Positions 11,994-25,368 of a DNA stretch of 64,000 bases are shown piece after piece (the stretch's first letter is position 1; each line of letters begins with the position of its first letter). The stretch is from positions 248,001 through 312,000 of the forward strand of contig JBNJNM010000014.1 of NCBI GenBank assembly GCA_052426225.1, in the 5' to 3' direction. The DNA is from Zancudomyces culisetae HAW-14-8 (lineage: Eukaryota > Fungi > Kickxellomycota). Under the pieces are notes generated by a model. That model ran no database searches and was not told the origin of the DNA. It was given only the letters and a program-made list of their open reading frames with translations. The translations under genes were made by a program, and so were the position numbers.

Positions 11994-13429
11994 TTTCTAG
12001 CCTTTTATATTTTTACTGTCAATATGTGTGTTGTTGAATTAAATTTACAGAAATTTTTTTTGAGCTAAATGATTCTAACAGATCTGTATTGCGAGCCTCT
12101 AAAAATATTAATAATTGCTCTAATCTCAATTTAGTTAGTGTGTGCCCTACTTTTGGTCTATATTTATTTTGCCTTAAACTATCTGCGTATATTTCATAGT
12201 TTTTTATACTTTAGTATTTTGTGTATTTTGTTTGATTTTTTATATTTTTACATTTTTTTATTTTTTTATTTTTTTATTTTTTTATTTTTTTGCATTTTTT
12301 AATATTTTTTGTATTATAGCAAATTAAACCTTCTTGAATTTCTCCTAACCCAATCACTACACATTTGTCGTTTATTCGAATCATATATCATAATTTTGTT
12401 TTGATTTCCTTATTTGGTTCATTCAAACAACCAGTATTTATTTCAACCAAAAATAAAATGTTATTTTTTACAAGCTAGTTTATATTTACTCTTTTTTTTT
12501 TCAATTCCTAAAATTTTTTTGTTTTCCATGAATTGTAATTTGCCAAACTTGTTTTGCTTTTTATCTTTGATTGTCCCTTTTATCCTTGTTTTGTCCATTT
12601 TACTCTGATTTTTGAACCCTTTGAAGTTCCTGGATCCAACTTTTATTATCTTTGTAAAGTGTTTTGATTTATCACTATTTCAATATTAAATAATTCTTGG
12701 CTAGGAGACTCAAGACAAAGATAAAGCCACCAAAACGAAAATTTTGGTTTGGCTCAACAAGGAAATGGTGATTAGATTCATCCTTGACCATTCGTATCAG
12801 TCATGGCTGATATCACATCTTGAATAGACGCATTCCTACTTCTAATACATACCCTCTTATTCTTCTCCCCTCCTATTCGTTTTTTTAATTTGAAGGCCTA
12901 CCAGGTGGGATCACATCAGTTTTTAGTACCACCTAGTTTATTTCACACCGAACCCCCAACCCCCAACCCCTCCAGTATTATTACATTTGTACAAAACAAG
13001 TATAGTTAAGTAAAGCTATCCTAAATACTTTGATAAACAGGTTTACAAGTGTATAAGAAAACATTTATGTTGAGGTAGCCATAACCATCACACAAAGGAG
13101 AATGTGTACGACCATTTTCTCCTACTGCTATACACAGCAAATTGATATCGTTGTGTTTTCATGCTTCTTGTTTTGATTTGATGTTTTTATTGTAACAAAG
13201 CTCTCTATCTAACTAATGAAAACCCGCGATTAAGGAGTCATTTGGAATACCTAATGTTAGTGACTTTCTTTTTCTTTAACAGGAGGAACTAATTTAATTG
13301 AACTGATTTAATTGAACTGAAAATCGTTTCTTGTTTTTAATAAAATTGGCCTAGTTTTGATACTGAAACATTTGCTTTACGCAGCTATTTATTAATTACT
13401 AAGTATAGAGTTAGTGTTATACAGAAATC

Positions 13430-14002
13430 ATGAGTAAACTACCAAGCAAACTGTTATTTATCACAGGAAACAAAAACAAGCTACTGGAAGTATCAAAGAT
13501 ACTGAGTCAGGAAAACATTCAAGTAGAAAATGAGGATATCGATCTGCTAGAAATTCAATCTCTTTCAACAGACGAAGTCACAATCCACAAGTGCAAAGAG
13601 GCTCAAAAACTAACCACCAAGAGTTTTATTCTGGAAGATACAAGCTTGTCCTTTGGTGCATTTGATAACAAGCTGCCTGGTCCATACATTAAATGGTTCT
13701 TGGAGGGAATGGGAAATCAGAATTTGGTCAAATCCCTAGAGAGCTTCGGCGATAAAAGTGCGATTGCTAAATGCACATTTGCCTATTGCAAGGACAGCAC
13801 TTCTGAGCCCATTCTCTTTGAAGGACAGATCAAGGGAACCATTGTTCCTCCAAGGGGTGGTGGAAAATTTGGTTGGGATCCTATCTTTGTTCCCGAAGGA
13901 CATAACCAAACATATGCCGAAATGGATTTAGAATTGAAAAACAGAATATCCCATCGCTATCTAGCATTATTGAAGCTACGTGATTACCTGAAAACTCATT
14001 AA
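13430..14002 (+). CDS. HAM1: Inosine triphosphate pyrophosphatase (Ham1/ITPA)
   Basis: [41 protein letters not shown] motifs; 190 aa, single exon. Confidence 0.97.
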   Translation: MSKLPSKLLFITGNKNKLLEVSKILSQENIQVENEDIDLLEIQSLSTDEVTIHKCKEAQKLTTKSFILEDTSLSFGAFDNKLPGPYIKWFLEGMGNQNLVKSLESFGDKSAIAKCTFAYCKDSTSEPILFEGQIKGTIVPPRGGGKFGWDPIFVPEGHNQTYAEMDLELKNRISHRYLALLKLRDYLKTH

Positions 14003-17000
14003 AATGGGTAGAAAACAAGAGAAAGGGAAGCAAAAAATAAAATAAATAAAAAAGGAGAGGACGTTTTTTTTTTGTCAATAATTTTGCAAGTTATCTGTTG
14101 TTGTTGGAGAGTCTGACTATATTATACTTGCCAGTCTATATCTTCAATAAATAATTTTCAAATGGGCTAGTCCTACAATTAATGCATTATGCTAAACATA
14201 AAAAACGGGCTTTACAGAATTTGATTGCTCATCCAAAGACATACACTTTCTTTATTAAATTCAATGTGGAATACATGATTGATGATAGGGTATAATGGTT
14301 TAGCACGACACTCAAAGTCTGTATTCTTTATAAGAGTATCTGTACGCATGTATGATCTAAGGCGTTCATACTTTTTACTTTTTTGTACGCCAACACAAAG
14401 TAATTTTGGAAAATTAGAAGGGGAGGGGAGGGGAGGGGTTACTATTAGCAATTTGAATGTGCTACAGTTAGCAGGGTATTTTATGTACATAATTTATTAC
14501 ATGTGGAATATAGACTTGACATGCAAAACAATTTCATATGTTAAGATAAATGCATCTAAATACCTTCCACTGGGCACTTAGTTGCCGCTGTACTTCTTTC
14601 GCTATGTACCCTATGTATTTTTAATTATTGAAGAAAAAATCCTCCCAATCTCATGTATATCCATAGTATAATGGTCTGTATATGTAATAGTTTTATTATC
14701 TTTATAGAATCCAGAAACAAAATTCATTACCAACCCAAATGTGTCTATTATTGAACTTCTACTGCCTGAGACAAAAAACATCGCAACTCTATGAATGGTT
14801 AGACGTAGTATTTTTCTGTGACTTTGTGTGTTTATATTGCATATTGTTTATTATAATGGTGATTCACGAGAGTTTGATGAATGGTTGTGGTTGTAACTAT
14901 TTAGTCAGGCCAAAACACAATAAACAAGCATGATAATCAACGTATGCGTGTATTTGAAAATCCTATTCAAAGCCACATAAGCACCAAGTTTATGTATTCG
15001 TTATTTAAACTGTAGAATGCTTCTTTAATGACAGTTTGTTGATTGATTCTGCCGAAACCAGGGGTGTTATTACTGGGTAGTCAGTATATACATATATTTA
15101 TATTGTGTATATGTGCACTTTGGTGAGTGGGTGAAACCATCACACAGAGATTGTGTATTTTTTTATTATATGAAGAACGTGGAGCTATCATAGGTTAGTT
15201 TAAACTCGGTAGTCAGAGTGCAAGGATAAACCTCAAAAAAAAAAAAGAACACTTTTTGATCGATTTTATGTACTGTGAACATAACTTGGTAATAAGCAGT
15301 TATTTTAGTAACAATCAAGCACAATATACTACTCAGGTTTGCAAAAAGGAGGATGCGGAAAAGGTTAACACATAAAAAACACATTTACCCTTCCATCAAA
15401 AATCACCTGTTATTTTACTGAATTGAGCAATTTGTATTGTTTTTGTAGACATAATGCACCCAACATTTAACTGGTATTTTTTTTACTCGGAAGACATAAC
15501 CTTGATTGGAAAAGCAGCAATTATGGTATTATTAGGTTTGTTTTAATTTCAACTTTTATGGCTTCATGATTTTCAGTGTGTTAATCCTTATTACTTTAAC
15601 AAAAGATTTATGTTTCTAAATTTTAGCAACAAGAGTAGAGAATATGAGAATAAAATATCAAAAGAAATCCAGCGATCATAAATGACAAAATAGTATATAT
15701 TTGAAATTTTGCTCTAAAACTCGACAAGTAGTTCAATTTCCTTTTCCGTTGAGCTAATACTTATGCTAAGAACGTGAAAGCGTGGATTTTCTAATAGACT
15801 TTTAAGGTGTTGTTAGAAGAGCTTTTTTAAAAGCCAATTTCAGGTCAAAAATCGGTACTTTAAGCTTCATTCATACAGAGATTAACCTCATCCCCAAAAA
15901 ACTCCCATGTAATAACGTTCATATCCTGTTATTGAAGAAGAGATAAACATTAAAATATAAAACAGTGTATATTTTTTAATAATTGTGGGTTCAACTCTTG
16001 AGAGGCCGATGACGAACAATAAAGAAATCACAAAGGCAATATAATGTGTGTGGAGTGAAAATAGTGTACGTACGGTTTAATATAATCATCATATCATTAG
16101 ATTGTAGTAATAGCAGTATATGTGCCTAAAATTAGCATTTCGTACAACCAGAGTCATATGTATTACGCAAAAGATAAACAAGATAAAATCCGGTATTCTT
16201 GACCACATACATACACACTTTGACTGTATTTAGAGTAAACTCTTTTCAAAGTGTATTCAGCGAAACCAAACCAAATATTTGACAATGGACTTTATATAAT
16301 TTAGTCTTCAAAAGTACATCTGTTTGTAAGCGCGCTTTCTTTTTTTATACATTGTGAGCTTATAAATATCCCGCATTATGTTAAAAAGTAAGTAAAAGCT
16401 CAAGAATAATATGACCTCAAAGGTAAAAACACCAATCAGCATAATGCCCAAACAAGAAGTACTTCTTAGCATGCTGATGGATAGAGACTGTTGAGGAGTT
16501 TTCATTCAGCTCTTACTAACTTTTATGTAATGTATTAACTCTTGAAATTGAAATGGCAAGCAGTACTGGTATTTTTTGTTGTATTTTTAGATGATCTAAA
16601 AATTGACAATAATACTTTACTATTATTAGATATGATTCACTTTAATGAACATTCAGTAAATTTGATCAGTGAAAATCATCAGTAGCAAAAAAAAAAATGA
16701 AGTTGAGGTGACTAGTTAGTTAAGGAATAAACTAGAAACATAAAAAAAGTTTTTCGTTATATTTTGTAATGAGGTTTCTACGAGAAATGCGAGCAAAAAG
16801 AAATTGAATTTAGGGAATCTTAGTTAGTCATGCATATTGGGAGGGGCTGTCAGACTTTTGGCAAAGAAATATTGGACAAGTATAATGGGAGTTTGAAATG
16901 ATTTTCTCTTCTGAAGATAATATTGGTGGTAGAATCAAGGTAATACAGAATCACACATGAGCACATTTAAATGCACTTGTGCCTTTACTTGCGTTTAATA

Positions 17001-18337
17001 GTTTTTTACCATGTATTTTTGGGAGCAAAAAATAAAAATAAATAAAAACGGAGCCGTGTACAGTTTCAAACAAAAAATGGCGAGGTCTTTCGGCATTTTT
17101 CAACTTTCCGAAACATCAATCGGCTTCCCAATACAAGAAAATTTATGCAGAAAATGAAAAAGAAGCGCTCAGAGCACAAATGGGCCGTACAGGTACTTTT
17201 GAGAATCCAACAAATTCCATGGACTTGATTTTAGAACCTCCTTGGTAAATTGAATCTAAATTTGCAGCAAGGCGAATGACTTGTTAATTGGTGCTAAGTT
17301 TCTGCACAATTCTAGTAATGAGAGAATTCTGTTTTCTGGAGAGATTTTCAAGGCGGATTTTAAATAAGACCAAACATACTAGCAAGAAAATTTATGTAAG
17401 TTGGCACTCCTTTTTTTTTATTTAGCAAATATGGCAGAAAATAAATGAAGCAGCAAAGTCACAAAATATCGCGATATTATACCTATTTAGGATAATTACA
17501 TAAATAACCTGAAAAGAATCTTGAGCTATTTTAAAACTAAAGCGAATTAGCTAAGAAGCGATTATTTGCCCACAGCCTGTTAGCAAATGGAGTTCCAGAA
17601 AAATCAAGTATTAGGGTAGTTGTGGCAGTATTGGGAAGACTTTGCGGCAATAAAAATAGATTCAGGTGTCTAGACTGATGTTAGTAATAAAATTAAAAAA
17701 AAATCCTTCAGCTAATCAACACCAAAAAGGAAGTATCGCTTCTTATGATCAATTCTAGAGTGACCATTTGTCAATAGTTATGGAATAAAAACCTCAAGGT
17801 GCAATAGTTTAGGAGTGAAATGATGAACTTGAGATACAAAAAGGTGAAATTACCAAAGGCATTGTAAAATTTTACTGAATTTGGAAACTGACCATTTACT
17901 TATTTTATTTTTCAAAACGCTGGTATTTGAATGTATACTGGCAAAAAAAAAAAACATAATGATTATACAATAGGGGAAAAATGGGGAATAGGTGAGTTTT
18001 GTTACTAGCACAACGAAATAGAATGGAGAAAACACAATTGATAATGATTGAAGATAAACTCACTTTGTAATGGAGAGAAAATTGGAGATGTGTGCTTACA
18101 AAATGCCAGTATTTAGACTTTTTTTAATTAAGTTCATTTTTTGTAGACAAACTCCCAAATCTGCACTATTTTTTTTTAAATAACAATTATTGACTGTCAA
18201 AAGCAACAAAGGGGGTAGAAAAAAAAATTTTTTATGGTAATATAAGCCAAGGAGAAAGACTGATAAACCCAAGCTATACCGACTTTTTATTTACCACTTT
18301 CTAACTTAAACAAAAATACAAGTTTAGATGTTAGAGG

Positions 18338-19912
18338 ATGATACTCATAGACAATAAGAAGTACTCTTGTCAGTCTTGCATACGAGGGCATAGAGCAAGC
18401 TCTTGTAATCACACTACCAGAGAGCTGGTAGAAATAAAACCTAAGGGTCGACCGGTATCACAATGCTACCATTGCAGGCAATCTAGACTCAGTAAAAAAA
18501 TGCATGTAAAATGCGAATGTCTAGAAGACAGACTTGAGAAAAAGAGTAAGCAGAGAATTAATAAAATTTAGATGGTGCAAAACAATTTGACTTTATACCT
18601 AACTAAATGAATTTTAAACCATAGAGCGAAGATTACCTAGCAGTAATAGCTTGGACAACAAAAAAAGCAAAGGTAAGTTTGGTATTGATGTTTTGAAATT
18701 AGAAACCTCAATTGAAAGTGAGTTTATTCTAACCAAAGTGTTGCAATGTAAAAATAGTCGAAAATCTATTGAATCCCTGTCATTGTGGAAGGGGATCGCA
18801 ATGTATTTGCTGCGAAAGAGATGCAAAGGAACAAAGCGCGATGAAGAGGGTAAAAATGGATGTTGGACGTGGTAGAGAGGGTTTGTTTAAAGGTAAGTTT
18901 GTTCAGAAAGCTTTTATAAATAAGAAAAATAACAAAGCGACATTAAACATAATAATCAATGCAATGATAAACGCAATAGGTATAGATATGCGATTCAATT
19001 CTCAACTAAATGAAGCTAATACCAACGGTAAGTTACTAGAGATGTTTAATAACAAGGACAACTAAAACTGACAATATGATTTTTTTTATTCAAATAGGAC
19101 TACAATTGTACAAAGAAGTAAATAATGGGATGATGAGAGGTAGAGTAGATTATACGAGCCCGAGGATAAACAACAAAGCAGATAGATATATGGATGAGAC
19201 TGCCAACCTTAAGCGACTATCGGGATTAAACGGCGATTTTAATTTTTTCCAAACAGAATACAACGATATTAATAGACTTCAAAATGAATTAGTAAACTCA
19301 AATATACTACCGGAACCTACTCCACGAAGAGACAACAACATTCACCCAGTTGACATGAATTCTGGGTTTTCGCTCCCAGCATTTAATACACTCTTCTCCA
19401 GCATGGACTTTGTACAAGGCTCGGAAAAGGATTTCCGAGCACAAAAGTCTTCAGGAGACTTTGGATTTGCTTCGGGAGTTTACCCGCCTAACCCTATCAG
19501 GTTCTATGACTGCTGTTCAACCAAAAAGCTAGGAATCAGTCAAGGCGCAGGAGATGACTTTTCGTCGTATACAAAACAGTACAAGTACTATCCATTGACC
19601 AACAAGCCTCAAGTTCATTTGTCTATTTCATCGTGTGAATTGTCCAACGGTTGTTGTTGTACTAGGGGCACTTGCAGTAGCAATAAAGACTCGCGTTGTG
19701 CTGGAAAAACACATAATTCTAATCCCTACAATGGCTCAGCAGCTTCCCAGTGTGGCTGTTCCTGTTCTCAAAACAAATCTTCAAAACTAAAATCCGTCAA
19801 AGATGCCGATGGTGCCATCAATTGTGGCTGCGGTTGTAAAAAACCTATTATGGAATGCACTGATTGTGTAAAGGATATGTGTGAAGAAGCATTATTATGC
19901 CCCACAATATAG
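18338..19912 (+). CDS. Copper-fist transcription factor (Ace1/Mac1/Cuf1/Haa1 family); exons 18338-18545, 18625-18672, 18758-18892, 18980-19027, 19098-19912
   Basis: N-terminal copper fist KYSCQSCIRGHRASSCNH...KGRPVSQCYHCR...HVKCEC. Four GTAAG..TAG introns join in frame to VENLLNPCHCGRGSQCICC and a Cys-rich C-terminus. Confidence 0.88.
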
Positions 19913-22825
19913 CCTTCATGATTGATGAAAAGTTCTATATTTTCCTGTTTTTTTTTATTTTTATTTTTCAGCATGTACTCTATCATTTGTCTTCATTACT
20001 TGTGCATTTTCATCTGATTTCCTGTTGACCTCACCTTCTCCATTAATTTTGGATCTAGGTATTTATGAATATATCACAATGCGCCCCTGATTTACATGGT
20101 GTTCTTATGTCCATTAAAAAAAAGTACATGTGTAGCACACTCATCATGCTAATTGTTTCCATAACTTCTTTTAAAGCTGGCGTGTCTTTGAGGCTGCTAT
20201 AACAGGTCCTTTGTTCTCTTCTTGGTTGCATTTTTATCCCATTGCGCTCAACTCGGAAAAAAGTTGAGGTTTTTAATTATTGTAGATGGTTTTCCCAGCA
20301 AAGAGCAGTGGTATCCGGGGATTTGTGTTACTAAACATTTAAATAATCTAAATAGAAAATTTTAAATGAAAAAATATCCAATAGCATCTAAGAAAACTAG
20401 TGGTACCCTCCCTCCTCCCCCTTTTTTTTGCCCAGCTTATAAACGATTATGAGTGATGCACTACTGAGCTGAATAATCTGCTCAGCCATTTTATTGAGAC
20501 TTGAAATAAAAGCGTTTTCACAAGATAATCATCAGCTTAAAATAAAGTTTTTACAGGGGAAATCGGTGGAGAAAGTTTGAGAGTGTATATGGGAGTGAGT
20601 GAGTGAGGGAGGGATGGGGGGGAGAAATAGAAAAATAAGAAATGAAGGTGTAGAAATGGGGATGGGGATGGGAATAGAAATGAGAACGGGAACAAGAGTG
20701 AGAGTGAGAATGAGAATGAGAAAAATAAACAATCTAGTATAAAACAAAATAATTTCTGCAAACCTCACTTACGCCGAAACAAGTGACTGTGCAAGGAAAG
20801 TACGTTGAATCAATAGTACATATTTTGAGAGCTGAGTGTCTTCATTTATAATTGATGACGTAAAACCAGCAGTGATCAGTTGAGTAAAAAAAGTCTAGAA
20901 GGGTACATGTCACAAATAAAGAAATGTGGTTGAAGGTACACATATGTAACAGAAAAATAATGCTGTGGTAAAATTTGATAATCATATTATCAGATAGGGA
21001 TGATTTTACCAACATCCACTTGTTTTCGTATAACTTTTGCCTATTTGTAGTTTAGTCTGACTGTCTTTTATTGTTAGTATAGTTTGTATTCTTGTTTCTT
21101 TTTTTAAAAAAAAGAAACAAGAGGGTAAACAGGGAAGAATGGGTAGTATTGATGAAACCAACTTTGTTTTCGGTATACACATATATAATTTTTTTATAGT
21201 CTTTTTCTTTTCTTATTGGTAATATAATAAGATTAAAAAGTCATAAAATAGTAGAAAAAGGGATAATGCAGAGCATCTACAACCACATAAAATAGTATGT
21301 AGAGGAAATGAAGGGAAAAGGAAGAGAAGAGGAAGCGTAGAAGAGGGTGGGTTATCTAGGCCTAGCTCATGAGTACCATTTATCTTTTCAGAATCAAACC
21401 GTTCATATAAATATATAACACTTGGTTGAGTTATACTGTTCACCATTGTTTTTGTCTAATGGAGAGTTTACTATCAACTGCTGATCTGTTAGATGGATGA
21501 ATGGATGAATGGATGACAGTCAAAAGTTTGAAAGACCTAATGTTGATTTCTCGGTTTTAGTACAAGGTATAAAAGTATATTGCTAGATGATGTATTCAGT
21601 CGGGTAAGCAACGCTAAAGGGGCCCAATGATGGTATCAGCGAGATATTATTACTGACGTAAGACATAAGGACAGACAACTTAATTTGGTCAAGTTCTACA
21701 GCACACTTTTCTAAAACAAAATGAGACGTGCTAAAAAGATGTAATTTCATGGAATGTAAAAATACTTCAAGTAACTGTTGACGGGCTCAAATTGACGGTT
21801 TGCGCATCAGTATATAAAATTGTGTTATTGAACATGTTAGTTCAACTGGCAGATCATCATCAATATTTTGCGGTGTACTATGAGGCTATTTAAAAAAAAA
21901 GCAAAGCTGACGCGCAAGTAAAATAATAGGAGTGTCAAGTTTTCACTCATAATCTGTCTTGTTTTGTGATCTGGCTTAGCAGTTATTTACTTGAACTCAA
22001 AGTCATTTTTCAAAAGTAAGAAAATTAATAGGGCACGATTCAAAACAAATCAAACTGAATTTTCAAAAAAAAAAATAATTTGTAAAAAAAAAAAAATAAT
22101 AAAAAAAAACAAAACTAGAAAATTGATGATGGTTAAAGGTAATAAAGAAAAAAGAGAAGCAAAAGGAAAAAAAAATGGCACGCGGAATATGAAGGATTTA
22201 CAAGGTCAAATAAAAAATCGAGCTTTCTTTTTATTTGCGCCTTGGAGATTTATTAGATACCAACAGATTTCTAAATGGCGTATATTATTACACCATATTT
22301 TGATGCTTTTATTTCCAGATTATATTTTTGAAGTATGTGAATTGAAACATCAAAAAAAAACAAAATGAGGGAGAATCTACAGGAGCAAATTGACAAGCTT
22401 TGTTTATTTATTTGACGTAAAAATAAAATAAGAAATAAAAGAGTAAAAAAATAATAAAATTAAATAAAACACGACACAAAAACAGGATAAAATAAAGAGT
22501 GAAAATGTAAGGCGAAAAAAAAAAGACACCGAAATAGTTCAACTGGAAAATACATGGGCAGAAAAAAATAAGGGCGGGTTGTTTGATATTTCTTTTTTTT
22601 TTTGCAGATTGATTGCATTATTAAAGAGTTAAAATTTGATATAGCTAAATTATAAACAAAAAAAAAAGAAGCAAATCAGAGATTTATAAAGAGCCACACT
22701 GGTCATCAAAACGCACTACAAATAAAGAAAATAAGAAATTGGTACGAAGGTGGAAACAGAACAGTGATTGTGAAAGGAGCTTCTGTTTTAAATACTAAAA
22801 AGAGAAACGAAAAAAGAAGGGAAAA

Positions 22826-24541
22826 ATGCCATTAAGTGAATACAAGAAAGGAGTAATATGCTGGGGAAAGTTAAAGGGATTTCCATGGTGGCCATCAGTG
22901 GTAAGTTTTTAAATATACTAAATATACATGACAGGATAAAAGGGTATTATGGGACTGAACTTTAATCAAGAAAGATAAATAAATAAATAATAACACAAAT
23001 AGATAATGGAAGAAGGGGCACTTTCGAAAGAAGTACTTAGATCCAAGCCACGGGGAGGAAAAGTATATCCAATAATGTTCTTGGGGTCAATAGATTTTGC
23101 ATGGCTGACAAGTGAGAATCTTGAACCATACAAGGAAAATTTGGAGAGATATTCACAAAAGCCCAAAAATAGAAAAGAGCCAAAGTTTGGGTTAGCGCTG
23201 AAGCAGGCATTAGATCAAGATGAGGTTAACAAGATAATCAAGCGAGTGGAACGAGAAGCACTAGATCTGAATGAAGACGACGAAGAAGAAGAGGAGGGAG
23301 AGGAAGAAAGGGAAGATCATGGTGAAAAGGAAGAGGAAAAAGAAGAAGAAGAGGGAGACAGGGACGAAAAGGGGCGTAAAGGTAAAAGCGCAAAAAAAGC
23401 AAGAAACGGAACAAGCCAAAAGCGTAGTGAATCGACACAGCAGCCAAACAACAAGAGAAAAAGAAAAGTTGAGGAGGAAGAGACAGAAGAGGAAAAAACA
23501 AGAGAAAATAAAAAACCAGCAACATCTTCAAGGCGAAGAAGAGAGCCAGGAACAAAAGCATCACAGCGCGGGAAAAAGGAGGTTAAGGATGAGGACGAGA
23601 ATGAGAATGAAAATGAAAATGAGAACGAAAATGAAAATGAAAATGAGGAGAGCGAAAGAGCCGAGTCACAAGAAGAGAAGAGCAAAAAACGAAGAGAAAG
23701 CAGTCGAAATATCGAAGAAATAAGCCAACAGTTGGGCAAGGCATATGGAACCTTGATGCTTATGCGGCATCGAATCCAAAAAGCACTTTTGAAACCCGAA
23801 AAACAGGTTGAGGATTTGGGAGGCGTTGAAGAGATTTTCCGCAAACTGGAAAAGGTAGCTATGACACCAGAGCTGTTACAAGCAACTAAACTGGGCAAAT
23901 TGATGCGGCGGGTGTCGATGCTGGAGCATATTCCGGATGACGAGCCACATCGTATCAAGGCGCGGGCGTATGAACTGATGGGTCGATGGCGAAAGCTTTT
24001 GCAAGCACAAAGCGAATCTGCTAGTGTCAATTCAACAGTTGATGGCGAAGTTAAACCTTTGGAGGCTAACGGATCCATAGCGGAACAGAAACAAGAAGAA
24101 AATGAAGAAGAGAATGCCAAGGAAAAGGAAAAGGAAAAGCAGGAAGAAAAGGAGGAAGAAGGAAAAGATAAGGGAGAGGAAAAGAAAAGGGAAGATGAGG
24201 AAGGTGAAAAGAAAAAGGAAGACGAAGACGAAGAGAAAAAGGAAGATGAAAAGGAAAATAAAATGGAAGAAGATGATGAAAATAAAGGTGAAAAGGAAGA
24301 AGAAAAAAAAGAGGAAAAAAAAATGGAAGAGGATAATGAAAAGGAAAATAAAATGGAAGAAGATAGTGAAGAAAAAAAGGAAGAAGAAAAAAAAGAAAAG
24401 CAGGATGTTGGAAACGACTTGCACAGTGAGAACTCCAAATCTCAAGAAATCGATCAAGCTATAGTTCCTGATAATGAAAGCGTCATTGATGACAGCAGTA
24501 ATACTAGTAGTAATGGAAGTGTCGCACAACAAAGCGGATAA
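22826..24541 (+). CDS. PWWP-domain chromatin protein with C-terminal TFIIS-N/IBD-like helical domain (Pdp3/LEDGF-like architecture); exons 22826-22900, 23003-24541
   Basis: Exon 1 MPLSEYKKGVICWGKLKGFPWWPSV (PWWP motif) spliced via GTAAGT..TAG. Downstream are YPIMFLGSIDFAW, LLQATKLGKLMRRV...AYELMGRW and E/K-rich tracts. Confidence 0.9.
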
Positions 24542-24818
24542 CATTTTCAAGAATTTCACAAAAGTTTTGGTTTAATGTTATATACTATGAATTATAAAAG
24601 CTGCATACGAGGTTTTTACCATTTATTGATACTTTTCTCCCCGCTTCTCTTCCCTTCCCTTCTCTTCCATTAACTTTCCTTCGTTCTGATCTCTTTCTAG
24701 CTCCATCTCCCTTTCTTTTATCAGGGTAATATGCGTTAAATAGCTAATGTGATTTATTTTATTTACTTTTGAATCAATTTATACTATATAAAATTACTAA
24801 TAAATAATAAAGGAAAAA

Positions 24819-25337
24819 TCATGTCAATAGTTGAGAACAATCCTCAATCGAATGGTTAGGACTGCCGCACAATTCACATGAACGAACGGCAAAACTATTT
24901 GAGTTTGAACCAGCAAACGACTTTGATTTTAATGCAAGAGCCGATGGATCGGTATCAGTATCGGTATCGGTGTTGATATTATTGGTAGCAGATGGAGTTG
25001 ACGAAACACGATTTAGGCCAAAGTCAAGGGGAAGAGAATTGGATTGTTGTGATTGTCTGTGAATATATTCATTGATGTCGCTCAGTGTCGATTTAGTGAG
25101 TGCGGTTTTGCGGTCAATAACCACATCGTCGTGGATATTATAGTTATTCGATGATGGAGATGAAGATATAGCGGAAAGCCGACGTTCTAAGAGCTGAACA
25201 CGTTCTTCCAACTCGCTGTTTGCAAATACTTTGTCTTCAATAATCGATTCCAAATCCTCAATTTCAGCCCGCAGCTTGTCGACTAACATTTTGCTACCTT
25301 CATCACTATCCTTTTTGTTATTATTATTATTATTACT

Positions 25338-25368
<31 letters not shown>

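Noticed and set aside
21585-21660. Possible C/D snoRNA (ATGATG...CTGA)
   Set aside because: Imperfect box C, no terminal stem and no recognisable rRNA guide.
23238-24559. Long overlapping ORFs on both strands of the PWWP gene (e.g. 23317-24438, 373 aa)
   Set aside because: Shadow ORFs of GAA/GAG/AAG repeats, whose complement lacks stops; the products are S/F low complexity.
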